A DNA stretch of 25,874 nt from a virus (lineage: Duplodnaviria > Caudoviricetes), in IMG/VR virus record IMGVR_UViG_3300032250_000124, positions 1-25,874 of that record, one strand, 5' to 3'. Numbering within the stretch: position 1 is the stretch's first letter; each line of letters begins with the position of its first letter. This document shows positions 11,401 to 18,637 of the stretch, piece by piece. The notes below the pieces were generated by a model that did not search any database, was not told where the DNA came from, and saw only the letters and a program-made list of their open reading frames with translations. Both the position numbers and the translations under genes were made by a program.

Positions 11401-12779
11401 AAGTCTGTTCTATAACCGTCGGTATTGATTAAGAATCGTGGAAGTGATACTGATACTGCAGGTATGCTAGTGAATCCAGAACCTTGATCAGTTATGGTAA
11501 TACTTTGGACAACACCACTTAGAACATCGGCAGTTCCAAATGCTCCTGTACCGCCTCCGCCTGAAATTCTAACTGATACTAGTCCGTACCCTGAACCGCC
11601 CGAATTCACTACAACATTGTTTACTCTATAGGTTAAATTTAGTGTGGCAAATTGTCCGTTCACACTGTCATCGGTAGTAGCCACGTTGGTATTGCTAGGA
11701 GGTAGAGTACTATAAACACCTGTGCTTAAAATTCTAAAAGTTAATACACCACCTGCTTCAGTAGTTGATAATACTTCAATTCTAGCCGGTTCAACATATG
11801 CTCCGCCAACAACAGTTAGTATGTCGCCTGGTCTATAGTTTACACCGACAACGTTAACTGCAATTGAATCTACACTCATTAACGGACTTCCGCTAAATCC
11901 TGTACCACTTGCAGGAGCGTCTGTTATATCTTCTAAAGTACATTGTGCTGCACCGTTATTGTAGGTTAATATTTTCTTGTAAGGACCAATTTCGTCTCTA
12001 GCTTCTAAGACTAACTCTTCTGCTCTTTTAAGAGCAGCTTCTAATGTGCGATAGGCATAGGCCAATGCACGACCTTGTAAACTGGAACTAACTCCAACTC
12101 TATCATCTTGACCCGATATTGCAACATACAAGTTTACACTACTACCGAACGCTGAATTGTCTACGTATCTTTTGGTTGCAGCGATTCTTCCGTCGTATAT
12201 GTCATCATCTTCTGGCTCGGGATCTCTTGAAAGAATAAGAGGACCACTCATTGTGCCAAACGAACTGTTAGTTAACCCAGTTCTAGGATCTATAGCATCA
12301 ACACCTGCTCTAGCAATTTTAGTATCAGCATATCGTTTGTTAATAGCTTCGTGTTCGTACAGAGGAGTAATAGGAATTGAGTTAGTTCCTAGGTCTAAAA
12401 TTCTCCATTGTAGGCCTCCAGATCTTGCACTTAGGTCACCGCCTAGTTGCGGACTAGGATCACCAACTACTTCTGAAAACTCAGAACTAACTCTAATTTC
12501 GTTTATATTAGTGGTAAAATCTAATTGAATACCGGAACCGGGCACTAGTTGTTTAAAAATTACTCCAGTTTCTGTATTGTTAACTGCAACAATAGCATTT
12601 TCTTGTCCAAGATAGCTGCTGGGAGTGTCATCTAGATTTTTAAAAGTGAGCTTTTCACCTAAGCCTAGTGAGCTGTACAACTCACGGAAGTTGTCATTTA
12701 CTTTTCTAAACGAGTCGCGAATACTGTCGCCTGTGCCGTCGTTGCCTACAACGCCGATATCAATAATTTTTCTTGCCAT
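5439..12779 (-). CDS. Giant (2446 aa) tail spike/fibre-like structural protein: gp9/gp10-like N-terminus, interrupted parallel beta-helix, C-terminal peptidase G2/intramolecular-chaperone-like domain
   Basis: N-term MARKIIDIGVVGNDGTGDSIRDSFRKVNDNFRELY; ATKRYVD fibre motifs; beta-helix cap motifs LYVAISGQD..G.....AYRTLEAAL and VESGIYEENLPLRIPNNVSIIGDEFR; C-term YADLAEYY...IALQGRVPCRVVGKISKGDLIVTS...IGKAL. Confidence 0.82.
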   Translation of the reverse strand: MARKIIDIGVVGNDGTGDSIRDSFRKVNDNFRELYSSLGLGEKLTFKNLDDTPSSYLGQENAIVAVNNTETGVIFKQLVPGSGIQLDFTTNINEIRVSSEFSEVVGDPSPQLGGDLSARSGGLQWRILDLGTNSIPITPLYEHEAINKRYADTKIARAGVDAIDPRTGLTNSSFGTMSGPLILSRDPEPEDDDIYDGRIAATKRYVDNSAFGSSVNLYVAISGQDDRVGVSSSLQGRALAYAYRTLEAALKRAEELVLEARDEIGPYKKILTYNNGAAQCTLEDITDAPASGTGFSGSPLMSVDSIAVNVVGVNYRPGDILTVVGGAYVEPARIEVLSTTEAGGVLTFRILSTGVYSTLPPSNTNVATTDDSVNGQFATLNLTYRVNNVVVNSGGSGYGLVSVRISGGGGTGAFGTADVLSGVVQSITITDQGSGFTSIPAVSVSLPRFLINTDGYRTDFTGDVLTSTPNAIRSRDIREGLYLRGESSGALAQILSHQGALDSNGNEIFDVDLKYGTFEIGEIISYGDVTKNIQISILVESGIYEENLPLRIPNNVSIIGDEFRRCIIRPKPGISSSPWAFLHFRRDLTVGVAGTDLLSLTDRLFGYHYLQDTAQPVYPLVNNRGYYRSAAQLLQLNRSFIQKEVVGWIADQVVNEISPFTASFLYNSNTCERDVGLIIDSMIFDLKWGGSDRTVSSALKYYGNASGLIAIGAQLSQTIAAIRRLGTLAQLVIRNVEIQELYQDAYPQIVDGAYIAEVGTTGTSFNITGVTNASPIAITTATAHGLTTGNQILISEVGGATEINGNDYYVQVVNSTSFYIYQDSARTIPINGATYGTYTTGGNAISIGGVVGELINTVIDVIDNSGSVNYPKDNDQMDVTLCNDAVRIQAITFQGHGGFAMVLDPEGQILAKSPYAQECASFSKGTGRQTFAGGQYIDGFTGNLKFKILSKDSNTFLRVGELKRMPQLPASFIVEDTVYRINYVRDYTFSTAGSTASFILDETTPWPYDLFVYNESICYRDVGLILDGVGYDIVFGTNYHSRRSGLTYRLAAASVVIEDQLDLTVRAIEEAHTLASNYLTSYPTAQTIVETSKDNISNIVRNGSTFAASLSFTNPPGLASNRVNASTLLQANFDFIKDEAVGYLAATYPSLTFPDFPRDVVYAIESLVYDIIYGGNSETRKVGLKYWDGVGDAVELQIPAPIQTATAAGINYAKYLAKQVIVDLAPTTTYTSTPRISGTASDAAIQNEIETLLTNVAAIVSGGVSSAAAAVLPNLSTYAYSASSIAARTLINTNKTVIQEGVIDFVNENANAYEVLMPGNRSMLSNDYTQINDLGYGIVVNNGGLAECVSMFTYYCHISYYSIGGGQIRSVGGSSAHGNFALVAEGSDPLEVPTPVSLYYDLAQGAECYFPSGSYANTVGGLSVYVTNYTYPPSPNSELEVDHGLGTMFRYPITGVSTDSSLPAGVARLSLRSSEGAGVDGLAAVITDGQILTIRQNSTVVLTGNAVDVAVRPSTGLVLAESPEVYRVLQFEAYSDFVGSRTITIALGTPGIITRASHGLQPGYQIILATTGALPTGFVAGEIYYVQSDGFTANSFRLASTKRGTAINASGSQSGTHSYTVFGLAQTTLRENYNYIDLSIYPQQPFVTTSSVCTISIADPAVITLAGHGFTAGNVIRFTTSGSLPGGISVTRMYFVKTVLDVDTFTITDVATSSSTALETTGSQSGVHRVGKVVGRAGDSTFAVVPISGQEENRLLGTKIVFKGVEYTVQAYQNETITGDNYGLITVSPALSDSLIYFTSTPTIKSAVPKNEPGTLTIRISLTRVTSHDLLEIGTGSYADTNYPNEIYGPAVNALDPDSETQERSVGRVFYVTTDQFGNFSVGPYFRVDQGTGSVTFAASIALSNLDGIGFKRGVPVSEFSTDSSFSDNATDTVPTENATRGYIERRLGISHTGAVLPLGTLIPAFSGGYMALDGQLAMKSDMDLGNFKIFNLADPVNPTDAVNYQSLTFNNLSDITITDPRSADILTFTGAGDFAQNSRMVGDISLSIDSTANTVDAQINPGVITNTDVNASAAIVQSKLLLSSSTTRANATGITQAEKGISSFDSAQFDVTDGWVTLKDNGINLSDLPQIATKTVLGNSTLVTGNVSAVAFSTVVNDGGGIKKTQYNGGTGYLRRIGFTSTNDTDYAIVDEATAATASTLVKRDVNGDFAGRFISMEKLIVDTKTILDTTTTATGGYTQLYGFSNNVGILIGDGSVGTDKRTFYDNDSHTFRTYNGLSNAPITVGSITTPVITTGAVGTSGTITGLWGLSSGSRLTATYADLAEYYEGDREYEVGTVLVFGGNKEVTASSTYGDHRVAGVVSNTAGYIMNDQCSGVKNLIALQGRVPCRVVGKISKGDLIVTSNIPGVGISAGGTAKTGTVIGKALADYNSDHIGTIEVAVGRT

Positions 12780-12809
12780 GGTAGATCCTAAGATTTATGG
12801 TTGCTCTAC

Positions 12810-12845
12810 TATTTAGCCCAAAGTTTTATAAGCCGAATGTAAATA
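12810..12845. promoter_or_regulatory. Divergent pair of TAAATA (T4 late-like) promoter elements
   Basis: TAAATA on minus at 12810-12815 upstream of the 2446-aa gene; TAAATA on plus at 12840-12845, 4 nt before ATG 12850. Confidence 0.6.
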
Positions 12846-12849
12846 CAGG

Positions 12850-13137
12850 ATGTTCTTAAAAAAAGAAATCCAACAAAGTCAATATGTTAGGATCAGTAAG
12901 CTAGGCATTGAACACGAATATACCAGAAGAAAAACTGTTGCGGTCTTTCGCTGTGACAATTGCGATGGGGAGTTTACTAGAGATTTAAAACATATGGATC
13001 ACAAAAGGTTGAGCAACAACTACTTTCACGTTTGCTCAAACTGTGATGCTAAAAAGTTTGCACAACGTAAGGGAGTTGAGCGTAAACAAATTTGGGATAT
13101 GCCAGCAAGCTCTACCCTGCCAGTGGGAAAGTATTAA
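12850..13137 (+). CDS. Small putative zinc-binding protein (CxxC...CxxC)
   Basis: FRCDNC and HVCSNC motifs; fills the gap between the structural gene and iscA; TAAATA just upstream; stop overlaps the iscA stop (TTAA, 13134-13137). Confidence 0.75.
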   Translation: MFLKKEIQQSQYVRISKLGIEHEYTRRKTVAVFRCDNCDGEFTRDLKHMDHKRLSNNYFHVCSNCDAKKFAQRKGVERKQIWDMPASSTLPVGKY

Positions 13138-13460
13138 ACTCTAAACGATTCACCGCAGCCGCAACGATCCCGTTCGTTGGGATTTTGAAAATCAAAGCCT
13201 TCATTGAGTCCATTGCGGACCCAATCAACGGTCATACCTTGCAGGTAAACGTCTGCTTTAGCATCTACAAGTACTACAAAATCGTCCTGAGCATAGTTTG
13301 TTATGCCCGTTTCAGCTTCATAATGGTCTACGTATTCTAGTGTGTATGCCAATCCGCTACAACCGGTAGTCCTGACACCTAATCTAATCCCTACGCCTTT
13401 GCCTCGTTTAACCAGCAGTTCTTTAATTTTGGTCTTGGCTGTGTCGGTTATTGTAATCAT
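13134..13460 (-). CDS. iscA: Iron-sulfur cluster assembly A-type carrier IscA
   Basis: GIRLGVRTTGCSGLAY and NPNERDRCGCGESF: all three conserved Cys of the HesB/IscA family; directly follows iscU. Confidence 0.95.
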   Translation of the reverse strand: MITITDTAKTKIKELLVKRGKGVGIRLGVRTTGCSGLAYTLEYVDHYEAETGITNYAQDDFVVLVDAKADVYLQGMTVDWVRNGLNEGFDFQNPNERDRCGCGESFRV

Positions 13461-13812
13461 CTATTGCAGCCTTGATCGCATCCTCAGCCAAGATCGAGCA
13501 GTGTATTTTAACCGGTGGCAGCGCAAGTTCTTCTGCAATCTCAGAGTTCTTAATCTCTGCTGCTTGCTCGAGCGTTTTACCTTTGACCCATTCTGTAATG
13601 AGAGATGAAGATGCAATGGCGCTACCGCATCCATAAGTTTTAAATTTCGCATCAGTAATGATTCCATCATTGACCTTTATCTGTAATTTCATAACATCAC
13701 CGCAAGCAGGAGCCCCTACCATGCCAGTTCCTACTGTGGGATCATCTTTTGAAAACGATCCTACATTTCTTGGATTTTCATAATGATCAATAACCTTGTC
13801 CGAGTAGGCCAT
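13423..13812 (-). CDS. iscU: Fe-S cluster scaffold protein IscU
   Basis: MAYSDKVIDHYENPRNVGS, GAPACGDVMKLQI, FKTYGCGSAIASSS, LPPVKIHCS: three Cys and the LPPVK chaperone-binding motif. Confidence 0.97.
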   Translation of the reverse strand: MAYSDKVIDHYENPRNVGSFSKDDPTVGTGMVGAPACGDVMKLQIKVNDGIITDAKFKTYGCGSAIASSSLITEWVKGKTLEQAAEIKNSEIAEELALPPVKIHCSILAEDAIKAAIDDYNNRHSQDQN

Positions 13813-13813
13813 G

Positions 13814-14374
13814 TTATGCTCCTATTAATCGATCGTTAACTACAGTCCAATCAATAATACGCCAAATGTTAGCAAGATATTTGGCCTTGTCCTGTTGATA
13901 ATCTAATGCCCAAGCATGTTCCCATGCATCTATTAATAGAGCAATTTTCATACCTTTTGTGTATTCGTGATTATGAATAGTATGCAGTTTACCTGCGGTA
14001 TCCATATAAATCCAATTTGAGCCCTGTGCAGCCATAAACTCTTTTTCTACTGCTTCTTTGAATTTGTCAAAGCTGCCGTAGACGTTGTCAATTAATTCAC
14101 CTGCTGCTTCACTAGGGCGGTTAGCGGCTCTTGGAGGAGTTAAATTTCCAAAAAACAAATTATGTAGCATTGCACCGCCATAATTAAATTTAGCATCACC
14201 TTCGCCGGCATTGTATCTTTCAAAATACTTGGCAGCTAATCCTGAGTAATGATAATCTAAAGTATCTTTACTCATTACAGGATTGAGTTCTTCTTTGCCA
14301 AAACTCAGTTTGTTTTGAACAATTTCTCTAGTATCTGTATCTTCGTGTAAGTATTTGATGAAATGTAGCGCCAT
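13814..14374 (-). CDS. sod: Fe/Mn superoxide dismutase (short, divergent)
   Basis: LNPVMSKDTLDYHY, FNYGGAMLHNLFF, DAWEHAWALDY signature, IIDWTVVNDRL; four metal ligands identifiable. Metal specificity cannot be assigned. Confidence 0.9.
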   Translation of the reverse strand: MALHFIKYLHEDTDTREIVQNKLSFGKEELNPVMSKDTLDYHYSGLAAKYFERYNAGEGDAKFNYGGAMLHNLFFGNLTPPRAANRPSEAAGELIDNVYGSFDKFKEAVEKEFMAAQGSNWIYMDTAGKLHTIHNHEYTKGMKIALLIDAWEHAWALDYQQDKAKYLANIWRIIDWTVVNDRLIGA

Positions 14375-14378
14375 ACTA

Positions 14379-14395
14379 TATTTAGTGCATAAATA
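14379..14395. promoter_or_regulatory. Back-to-back TAAATA elements forming an inverted repeat (TATTTA-gtgca-TAAATA)
   Basis: The minus copy is 4 nt before the SOD ATG (14374). The plus copy precedes an AAGGAG RBS (14402-14407) and ATG 14416. Confidence 0.65.
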
Positions 14396-14415
14396 ACCTA
14401 CAAGGAGATTTTAAT

Positions 14416-14709
14416 ATGATCGGTTTATTAAAGAAACTATTTGGTGGTAAGCCAGCAGAACAAACTGCGGAAGCCCCATATAAAGTTGAGACAGCACCAG
14501 TTGTAGAGGCAGCACCTGCGCCAGCAGTTGAGGCAGTGGTTGTTGCGCCTGAAGCAGTTGTTCCAGCTGCGGTAGTTGAACAGGCACCTGCAAAACAACC
14601 TGCTAAAAAGCCTGCACCTAAGAAGCAACAGTTTGCTAAAAAGCCTGCTGCTACAAAGACTGCAAAGCCAACAGCACCTCGCAAGCCAAAAGCTAAACCG
14701 GCTGCTTAA
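14416..14709 (+). CDS. Small Ala/Pro/Lys-rich low-complexity protein with basic C-terminal tail
   Basis: Strong AAGGAG RBS; amphipathic MIGLLKKLFGGK start, acidic APV-rich middle, PAKKPAPKK/KPKAKPAA tail. Confidence 0.8.
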   Translation: MIGLLKKLFGGKPAEQTAEAPYKVETAPVVEAAPAPAVEAVVVAPEAVVPAAVVEQAPAKQPAKKPAPKKQQFAKKPAATKTAKPTAPRKPKAKPAA

Positions 14710-15718
14710 GACTTTGTTCGTAGAGTGCAAAGCTGGCTAAGTTCTTAGCCTTGCTTTCGCACATTATGTCAAAGTGATCTCGAAAGCTCAAAGCCCATTC
14801 ATTCACTGCTGTATTCCAGTAGAAGTTTGAATGTGCTCTGAGCTTTTGTTTTTTGTAGCCTTGAGCCATTAGCGAATCAAGGGAGGGAAGGGTGTCTGTG
14901 GCATGGCCAACAACAATGTCTTCCCGTGAAACACTGTAATGTAAAACAGGGCGCACACCACGCCAGCTATCAATAATCCTTTTAACACGGTCGTCAGTCG
15001 GTTCAATATATTCTCCAGTTTTTACCCAATGATGATGAATGTCCATGACTAGGGCACAGTCGTTGACTAGCTCAAGGCTATGCTCAATACCCCAGGTCAT
15101 TTCGTCGTTTTCGATTGTTAATGTATTACGAGCTTCGGGAGTCAAGCGGCCCAGAACAGCACGTATTCCATTGGGGCCTCGTCGACCCGAGATATGAACG
15201 TTGATTTTAAAGTCTTGAAACGTTTTGCCATACCCCATCCATCGAGCCATGTCCACATGATATTCAAATTCCTCTATCGAACGATTTACAATATCATCAG
15301 ACTCAGATGCAAGCACAGTAAACTGACCAGGGTGCATAGACAACCGAACGTTAGCCGCACGAGCCACATTTCCGACTTCGTTAAATCCTCTTTCGCAATA
15401 TGCTCTAACATCGGGAAGCCGCCAAAACCGGCTCCAAGATGGCTCAGTGTAGACAGGTAAAATATCGCTGCTGAGTCGTACCATTCTAAGATTTTCATCA
15501 AGTGTCCCTACCTTTTCAACCAGTAATCTACAGCTTTCAATGTTCTGTACCATTAAGTCCCAGAGCTTCTGTTCGGCTGTTTCTTTCTGTTGTCTATTTA
15601 ACCAAGCTACTGTAGTAGACCCTGTATTATACTGTTTACAGTTGTCTTTTTGCTTGATCCCGTTAATTTGACTAGGACCATCGATCCATTTACAAGCAAA
15701 GCCAATTCGTTTAGTCAT
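14693..15718 (-). CDS. uvsE: UV DNA damage endonuclease UvsE/UVDE
   Basis: RIGFACK, RLSSDILP, RLSMHPGQF, IENDE, DIHHHW, LRAHS, DIMCESKAKNLA motifs of the UvdE TIM-barrel family. Confidence 0.93.
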   Translation of the reverse strand: MTKRIGFACKWIDGPSQINGIKQKDNCKQYNTGSTTVAWLNRQQKETAEQKLWDLMVQNIESCRLLVEKVGTLDENLRMVRLSSDILPVYTEPSWSRFWRLPDVRAYCERGFNEVGNVARAANVRLSMHPGQFTVLASESDDIVNRSIEEFEYHVDMARWMGYGKTFQDFKINVHISGRRGPNGIRAVLGRLTPEARNTLTIENDEMTWGIEHSLELVNDCALVMDIHHHWVKTGEYIEPTDDRVKRIIDSWRGVRPVLHYSVSREDIVVGHATDTLPSLDSLMAQGYKKQKLRAHSNFYWNTAVNEWALSFRDHFDIMCESKAKNLASFALYEQSLKQPV

Positions 15719-15938
15719 CAGTCAATCCCATAAAAATAAGTTCACGTTCAGTTAGATTAGCAACAGGTTTGATCCAGCCTGCGTTGATTGCAGTAATTAA
15801 AATGCTTTTGTATTCTTTTGGACAGCTATTGCTAATTTCAAAGCTAGCTCTAGCGGCTATAGATAGACCGTCGACGATTTGAAAATTTCTATCGCCGGGT
15901 CGCAGTGTTCGAATTTGACTTTGATGAATGTTATACAC
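15711..15938 (-). CDS. Hypothetical protein
   Basis: 75-aa ORF overlapping both neighbours by 8 nt, in operon orientation. Confidence 0.7.
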   Translation of the reverse strand: MYNIHQSQIRTLRPGDRNFQIVDGLSIAARASFEISNSCPKEYKSILITAINAGWIKPVANLTERELIFMGLTDD

Positions 15939-16218
15939 TATCTTTTACTTTCGCTGAGATTACATTTGCAATACGAAAACTACGCCAAGCCTGCTTGTCA
16001 GTACACCAAACACTCATTACATCTGGATTTTCTTTTTTAACTTTTGGCGGATCTTCTGGATTAGGAAAGTTTGGTGCAGGAATAGGATCAGGAATGAGTA
16101 CAGCTTTAAGTGTACAAGGCATTGATCGTACCTCGCCATTGACTTTGGTAAATTCAACAATGCACTCATTTTCAAGGAGCAAAGTGCGTAATGCTTCGGG
16201 TGTAATAGTATTTGTCAT
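15931..16218 (-). CDS. WYL-like/SH3-fold small phage protein
   Basis: VEFTKVNGEVRSMPCTL ... VWCTDKQAWRSFRIANV, the pattern of the phage WYL_2-type family. Confidence 0.8.
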   Translation of the reverse strand: MTNTITPEALRTLLLENECIVEFTKVNGEVRSMPCTLKAVLIPDPIPAPNFPNPEDPPKVKKENPDVMSVWCTDKQAWRSFRIANVISAKVKDSV

Positions 16219-16224
16219 ACTACT

Positions 16225-16253
16225 AGTATAACATCATTATCGCCAGTTGTCAA
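16225..16253 (-). promoter_or_regulatory. Sigma70-type promoter, probably giving a leaderless mRNA
   Basis: TTGACA (16253-16248), 17-nt spacer, TATACT (16230-16225) with extended -10 TG; ATG 6 nt downstream, no RBS. Confidence 0.8.
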
Positions 16254-17055
16254 CAACAAACTGATCCATAACCTCGTCGGGTTTAGGATCTCCGTGAAAC
16301 ACGCACACAGAACATTCCGGATGTATTTTTGGACTGCGTACATCTTTGAAAAATCTTTTGCTACCGTTATAGGTAAGTTCAGTCCTATCACGGATCTCCC
16401 ATTTATAACTTTGTATCCATTTTTCTGGCCAAAAGGTTATACGGCTTTTTGCCACTTGCCAAATCCAATCTTGGTCACCGTGTAATTTTTGAGCCTGTTT
16501 AGGATTAGATTGAAACGTAGTAAAGATGTCAGTATGTAATCCTGCTGGCCAACTCATAGCAGAACTATTAAGAATATTCCATTGAGGATTAAATTTCCTA
16601 TTGAAATCTCTAATGCCTAGAAATTCTCGGTCGTATCCTGATACCAATTTATCTAGATTGTTATGAATAACAATATCTAAATCGAAATATAAAACTCGAC
16701 CACGAAGGTTTAATCCGGGATCGAACATGTGAACTTTATGCCACCATCCTTTTGCATATCCAGCATTTGGTCTTACGATGCTGATAACACCGTCTATTGG
16801 ATGTTGATCATCGGTTAGGCAGTAAAATTCATAAGGAACTTTTAGATGTCTAGCAACCATATTGCGAAGGCGCTCAACATATTCTCTACCGTATCTTGTA
16901 CCAAATCGAACACACAGCACAGAAATTGTTTCTGCATGAGTTGACACAGGTTTAGATTCTATAATAGGTTGCTCTACACTAACCTCAGTAGTAGGGAACC
17001 CATATTTTTTATAGTGTCTCCACTGTTCTTTAGTGAGATTTTCTCTTGACCACAT
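16237..17055 (-). CDS. Glycosyltransferase (GT-A fold, GT8-like)
   Basis: [42 protein letters not shown] (DxD), [19 protein letters not shown]. Confidence 0.85.
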   Translation of the reverse strand: MWSRENLTKEQWRHYKKYGFPTTEVSVEQPIIESKPVSTHAETISVLCVRFGTRYGREYVERLRNMVARHLKVPYEFYCLTDDQHPIDGVISIVRPNAGYAKGWWHKVHMFDPGLNLRGRVLYFDLDIVIHNNLDKLVSGYDREFLGIRDFNRKFNPQWNILNSSAMSWPAGLHTDIFTTFQSNPKQAQKLHGDQDWIWQVAKSRITFWPEKWIQSYKWEIRDRTELTYNGSKRFFKDVRSPKIHPECSVCVFHGDPKPDEVMDQFVVDNWR

Positions 17056-17863
17056 TATCTATTTCTACTAAGTCTTTTAAAATATCACCGAGCTCGGTTA
17101 ACTTGATCATGTTAGGACCATCGCTGGGAGCCGAATCTGGATCTTCATGAGTTTCCATAAACACCGCAGCAACACATCCTGTGGCTACAGCCGCCCTCGC
17201 CAAGTATGGGACCATAGTTCGATCACCGCCGGATCGTTCTCCCATGCCTCCAGGCTGCTGAACAGAATGTGTGGCATCAAAGACCACTGGATACCCGGTG
17301 CTTGCCATAATGGGTAGGCTACGCATATCGACAACAAGATTATTATATCCATGAGTATATCCCCTTTCGCATAACATAATGCGGTCATTGCCAGTTGAAG
17401 CAATCTTTGCTGCAACGTTTTTCATATCGTGCGGCGCAAGGAACTGTCCTTTTTTAACATTAATAGCTTTGTCTGTAGCACCAGCTGCTAATAATAAATC
17501 AGTTTGTCTACACAAGAACGCAGGAATTTGTAGAATATCTACTCCAGCGTCTGCAACTTCTTGTGCCTGCCAACTTTCGTGAATATCAGTAAGAATTGGC
17601 ACTCCAAGCGTATGCTTGACTGTGTTTAGAATTTCTAATCCCTCTTTAATACCAACACCTCGCTTAGTTGAAATACTAGAACGATTAGCTTTATCAAAGC
17701 TGCTTTTATAAACAAACTTGATTCCTAATTGATCTGTAATTTCTTTAATTTGTTCAGCGGTATCAAGAGCATGATCCTGGCTTTCAATTTGACATGGTCC
17801 TGCAATCAACATAAATGGTTGATCATTGCCCACGGTAATATTGTGAATGTTAAATGTACGCAT
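17030..17863 (-). CDS. kdsA: 3-deoxy-D-manno-octulosonate 8-phosphate synthase (KDO8P synthase)
   Basis: [68 protein letters not shown]. The KANRS motif marks KDO8PS; Cys in GPC indicates the metal-dependent class. Confidence 0.96.
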   Translation of the reverse strand: MRTFNIHNITVGNDQPFMLIAGPCQIESQDHALDTAEQIKEITDQLGIKFVYKSSFDKANRSSISTKRGVGIKEGLEILNTVKHTLGVPILTDIHESWQAQEVADAGVDILQIPAFLCRQTDLLLAAGATDKAINVKKGQFLAPHDMKNVAAKIASTGNDRIMLCERGYTHGYNNLVVDMRSLPIMASTGYPVVFDATHSVQQPGGMGERSGGDRTMVPYLARAAVATGCVAAVFMETHEDPDSAPSDGPNMIKLTELGDILKDLVEIDNVVKRKSH

Positions 17864-17871
17864 ATTATTAT

Positions 17872-18030
17872 TTACCAGTGTCGTATAACACCAGCAACAA
17901 TAAACGCATTAGTGATAAGATATGAAAGGATAATCAGTGTGCGAACTAGTGCTACCATATCAGCTTCCTGTTTGGTAGCACCTGCTTTTTCACCTAGGGC
18001 TTTAGCCCATATTCTCCATATCTTTCTCAT
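17872..18030 (-). CDS. Small membrane protein (52 aa)
   Basis: Below the ORF-track cut-off; hand-translated [52 protein letters not shown]. Start overlaps the queD stop (TAATG); one hydrophobic C-terminal segment; exactly fills the queD-kdsA gap. Confidence 0.8.
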   Translation of the reverse strand: MRKIWRIWAKALGEKAGATKQEADMVALVRTLIILSYLITNAFIVAGVIRHW

Positions 18031-18554
18031 TAGCCTTCGTAGGTCGCTGAGTTGCCAGCGTGTTCAAATACTTCCACAGAACGAAGTTTAACACCCTGTC
18101 CAACAGGATAACGTGCTTCAAAGAGGCGACCGTCTGGATGGATCCAACTGATGCCGTTTTGATATGCACCTAAGATTTCGTTCATGGTCTTGTAAGCCAA
18201 CTCGGCAAATTTTTCACAGCCTACCGCTTCTACAATACGTAGATCAACAATGCCACCATCTGCTTGTTTGCCTAATGCTGCCATTTGTTTGAAAATAGCC
18301 AAGTGAGGATCGTCAGAACCTACACAGAGTGTATGATCGAACTGCCACTCGCTCCATTCTTTGAATGCTTTGAGTCCACCAAAGTCCATAACCCAGTTGC
18401 GGTCGTCTAGTGTCTCTGATTCGAAAATTAATTTGATACCGATCGAGTATCCGTGTAATAATGAGCAGTGACTATGTGTGCTTCTCCACTGTCTAAAACA
18501 GCATGATAAGCCGCGGTCATTGCCGTAAGTTTTTGTTGAAAGATATTTTGCCAT
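18030..18554 (-). CDS. queD: 6-carboxy-tetrahydropterin/6-pyruvoyl-tetrahydropterin synthase family (QueD-like, T-fold)
   Basis: HCSLLHGYS (CxxxHG), WVMDFGGLK, FDHT, CEKFAEL, VEVFEHAGNSATY; AAGGAG RBS at 18562-18567. Confidence 0.85.
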   Translation of the reverse strand: MAKYLSTKTYGNDRGLSCCFRQWRSTHSHCSLLHGYSIGIKLIFESETLDDRNWVMDFGGLKAFKEWSEWQFDHTLCVGSDDPHLAIFKQMAALGKQADGGIVDLRIVEAVGCEKFAELAYKTMNEILGAYQNGISWIHPDGRLFEARYPVGQGVKLRSVEVFEHAGNSATYEG

Positions 18555-18587
18555 CTCTAGTCTCCTTAATAATGAGCAAGTTTGACG

Positions 18588-18634
18588 ACATGCAGAGTTT
18601 ATATAGCGGGATGAATGACGTTGAAGTCCGCTGT
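18588..18634 (-). ncRNA. Candidate preQ1-I-like riboswitch / structured leader of queD
   Basis: RNA AGCGG-ACUUCAACGUCAUUCAUC-CCGCU-AUAUAAA-CUCUGCAUG: 5-bp P1, loop ending CAUC, A-rich tail after the stem; lies in the 5' leader of a preQ0/preQ1 pathway gene, right after a promoter. Confidence 0.6.
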
Positions 18635-18637
18635 CTA

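Noticed and set aside
125-12816. Many plus-strand ORFs (e.g. 2300-2710, 4301-4696, 12157-12528) and short alternative-frame minus ORFs
   Set aside because: Shadows of long, motif-bearing minus-strand genes; no RBS or recognisable domains.
14382-14730. Minus-strand ORFs 14382-14684, 14411-14593 and 14437-14730 (Cys-rich)
   Set aside because: Antisense to the plus-strand 97-aa gene, which has a strong RBS and promoter element; they stay open only because of low-complexity codons.
13134-18554. Bacterial chromosome origin for the iscUA/sod/kdsA/queD block
   Set aside because: No iscRS-hscBA or other normal operon context; the genes are interleaved with phage-type hypotheticals, share the TAAATA element and adjoin virion genes.
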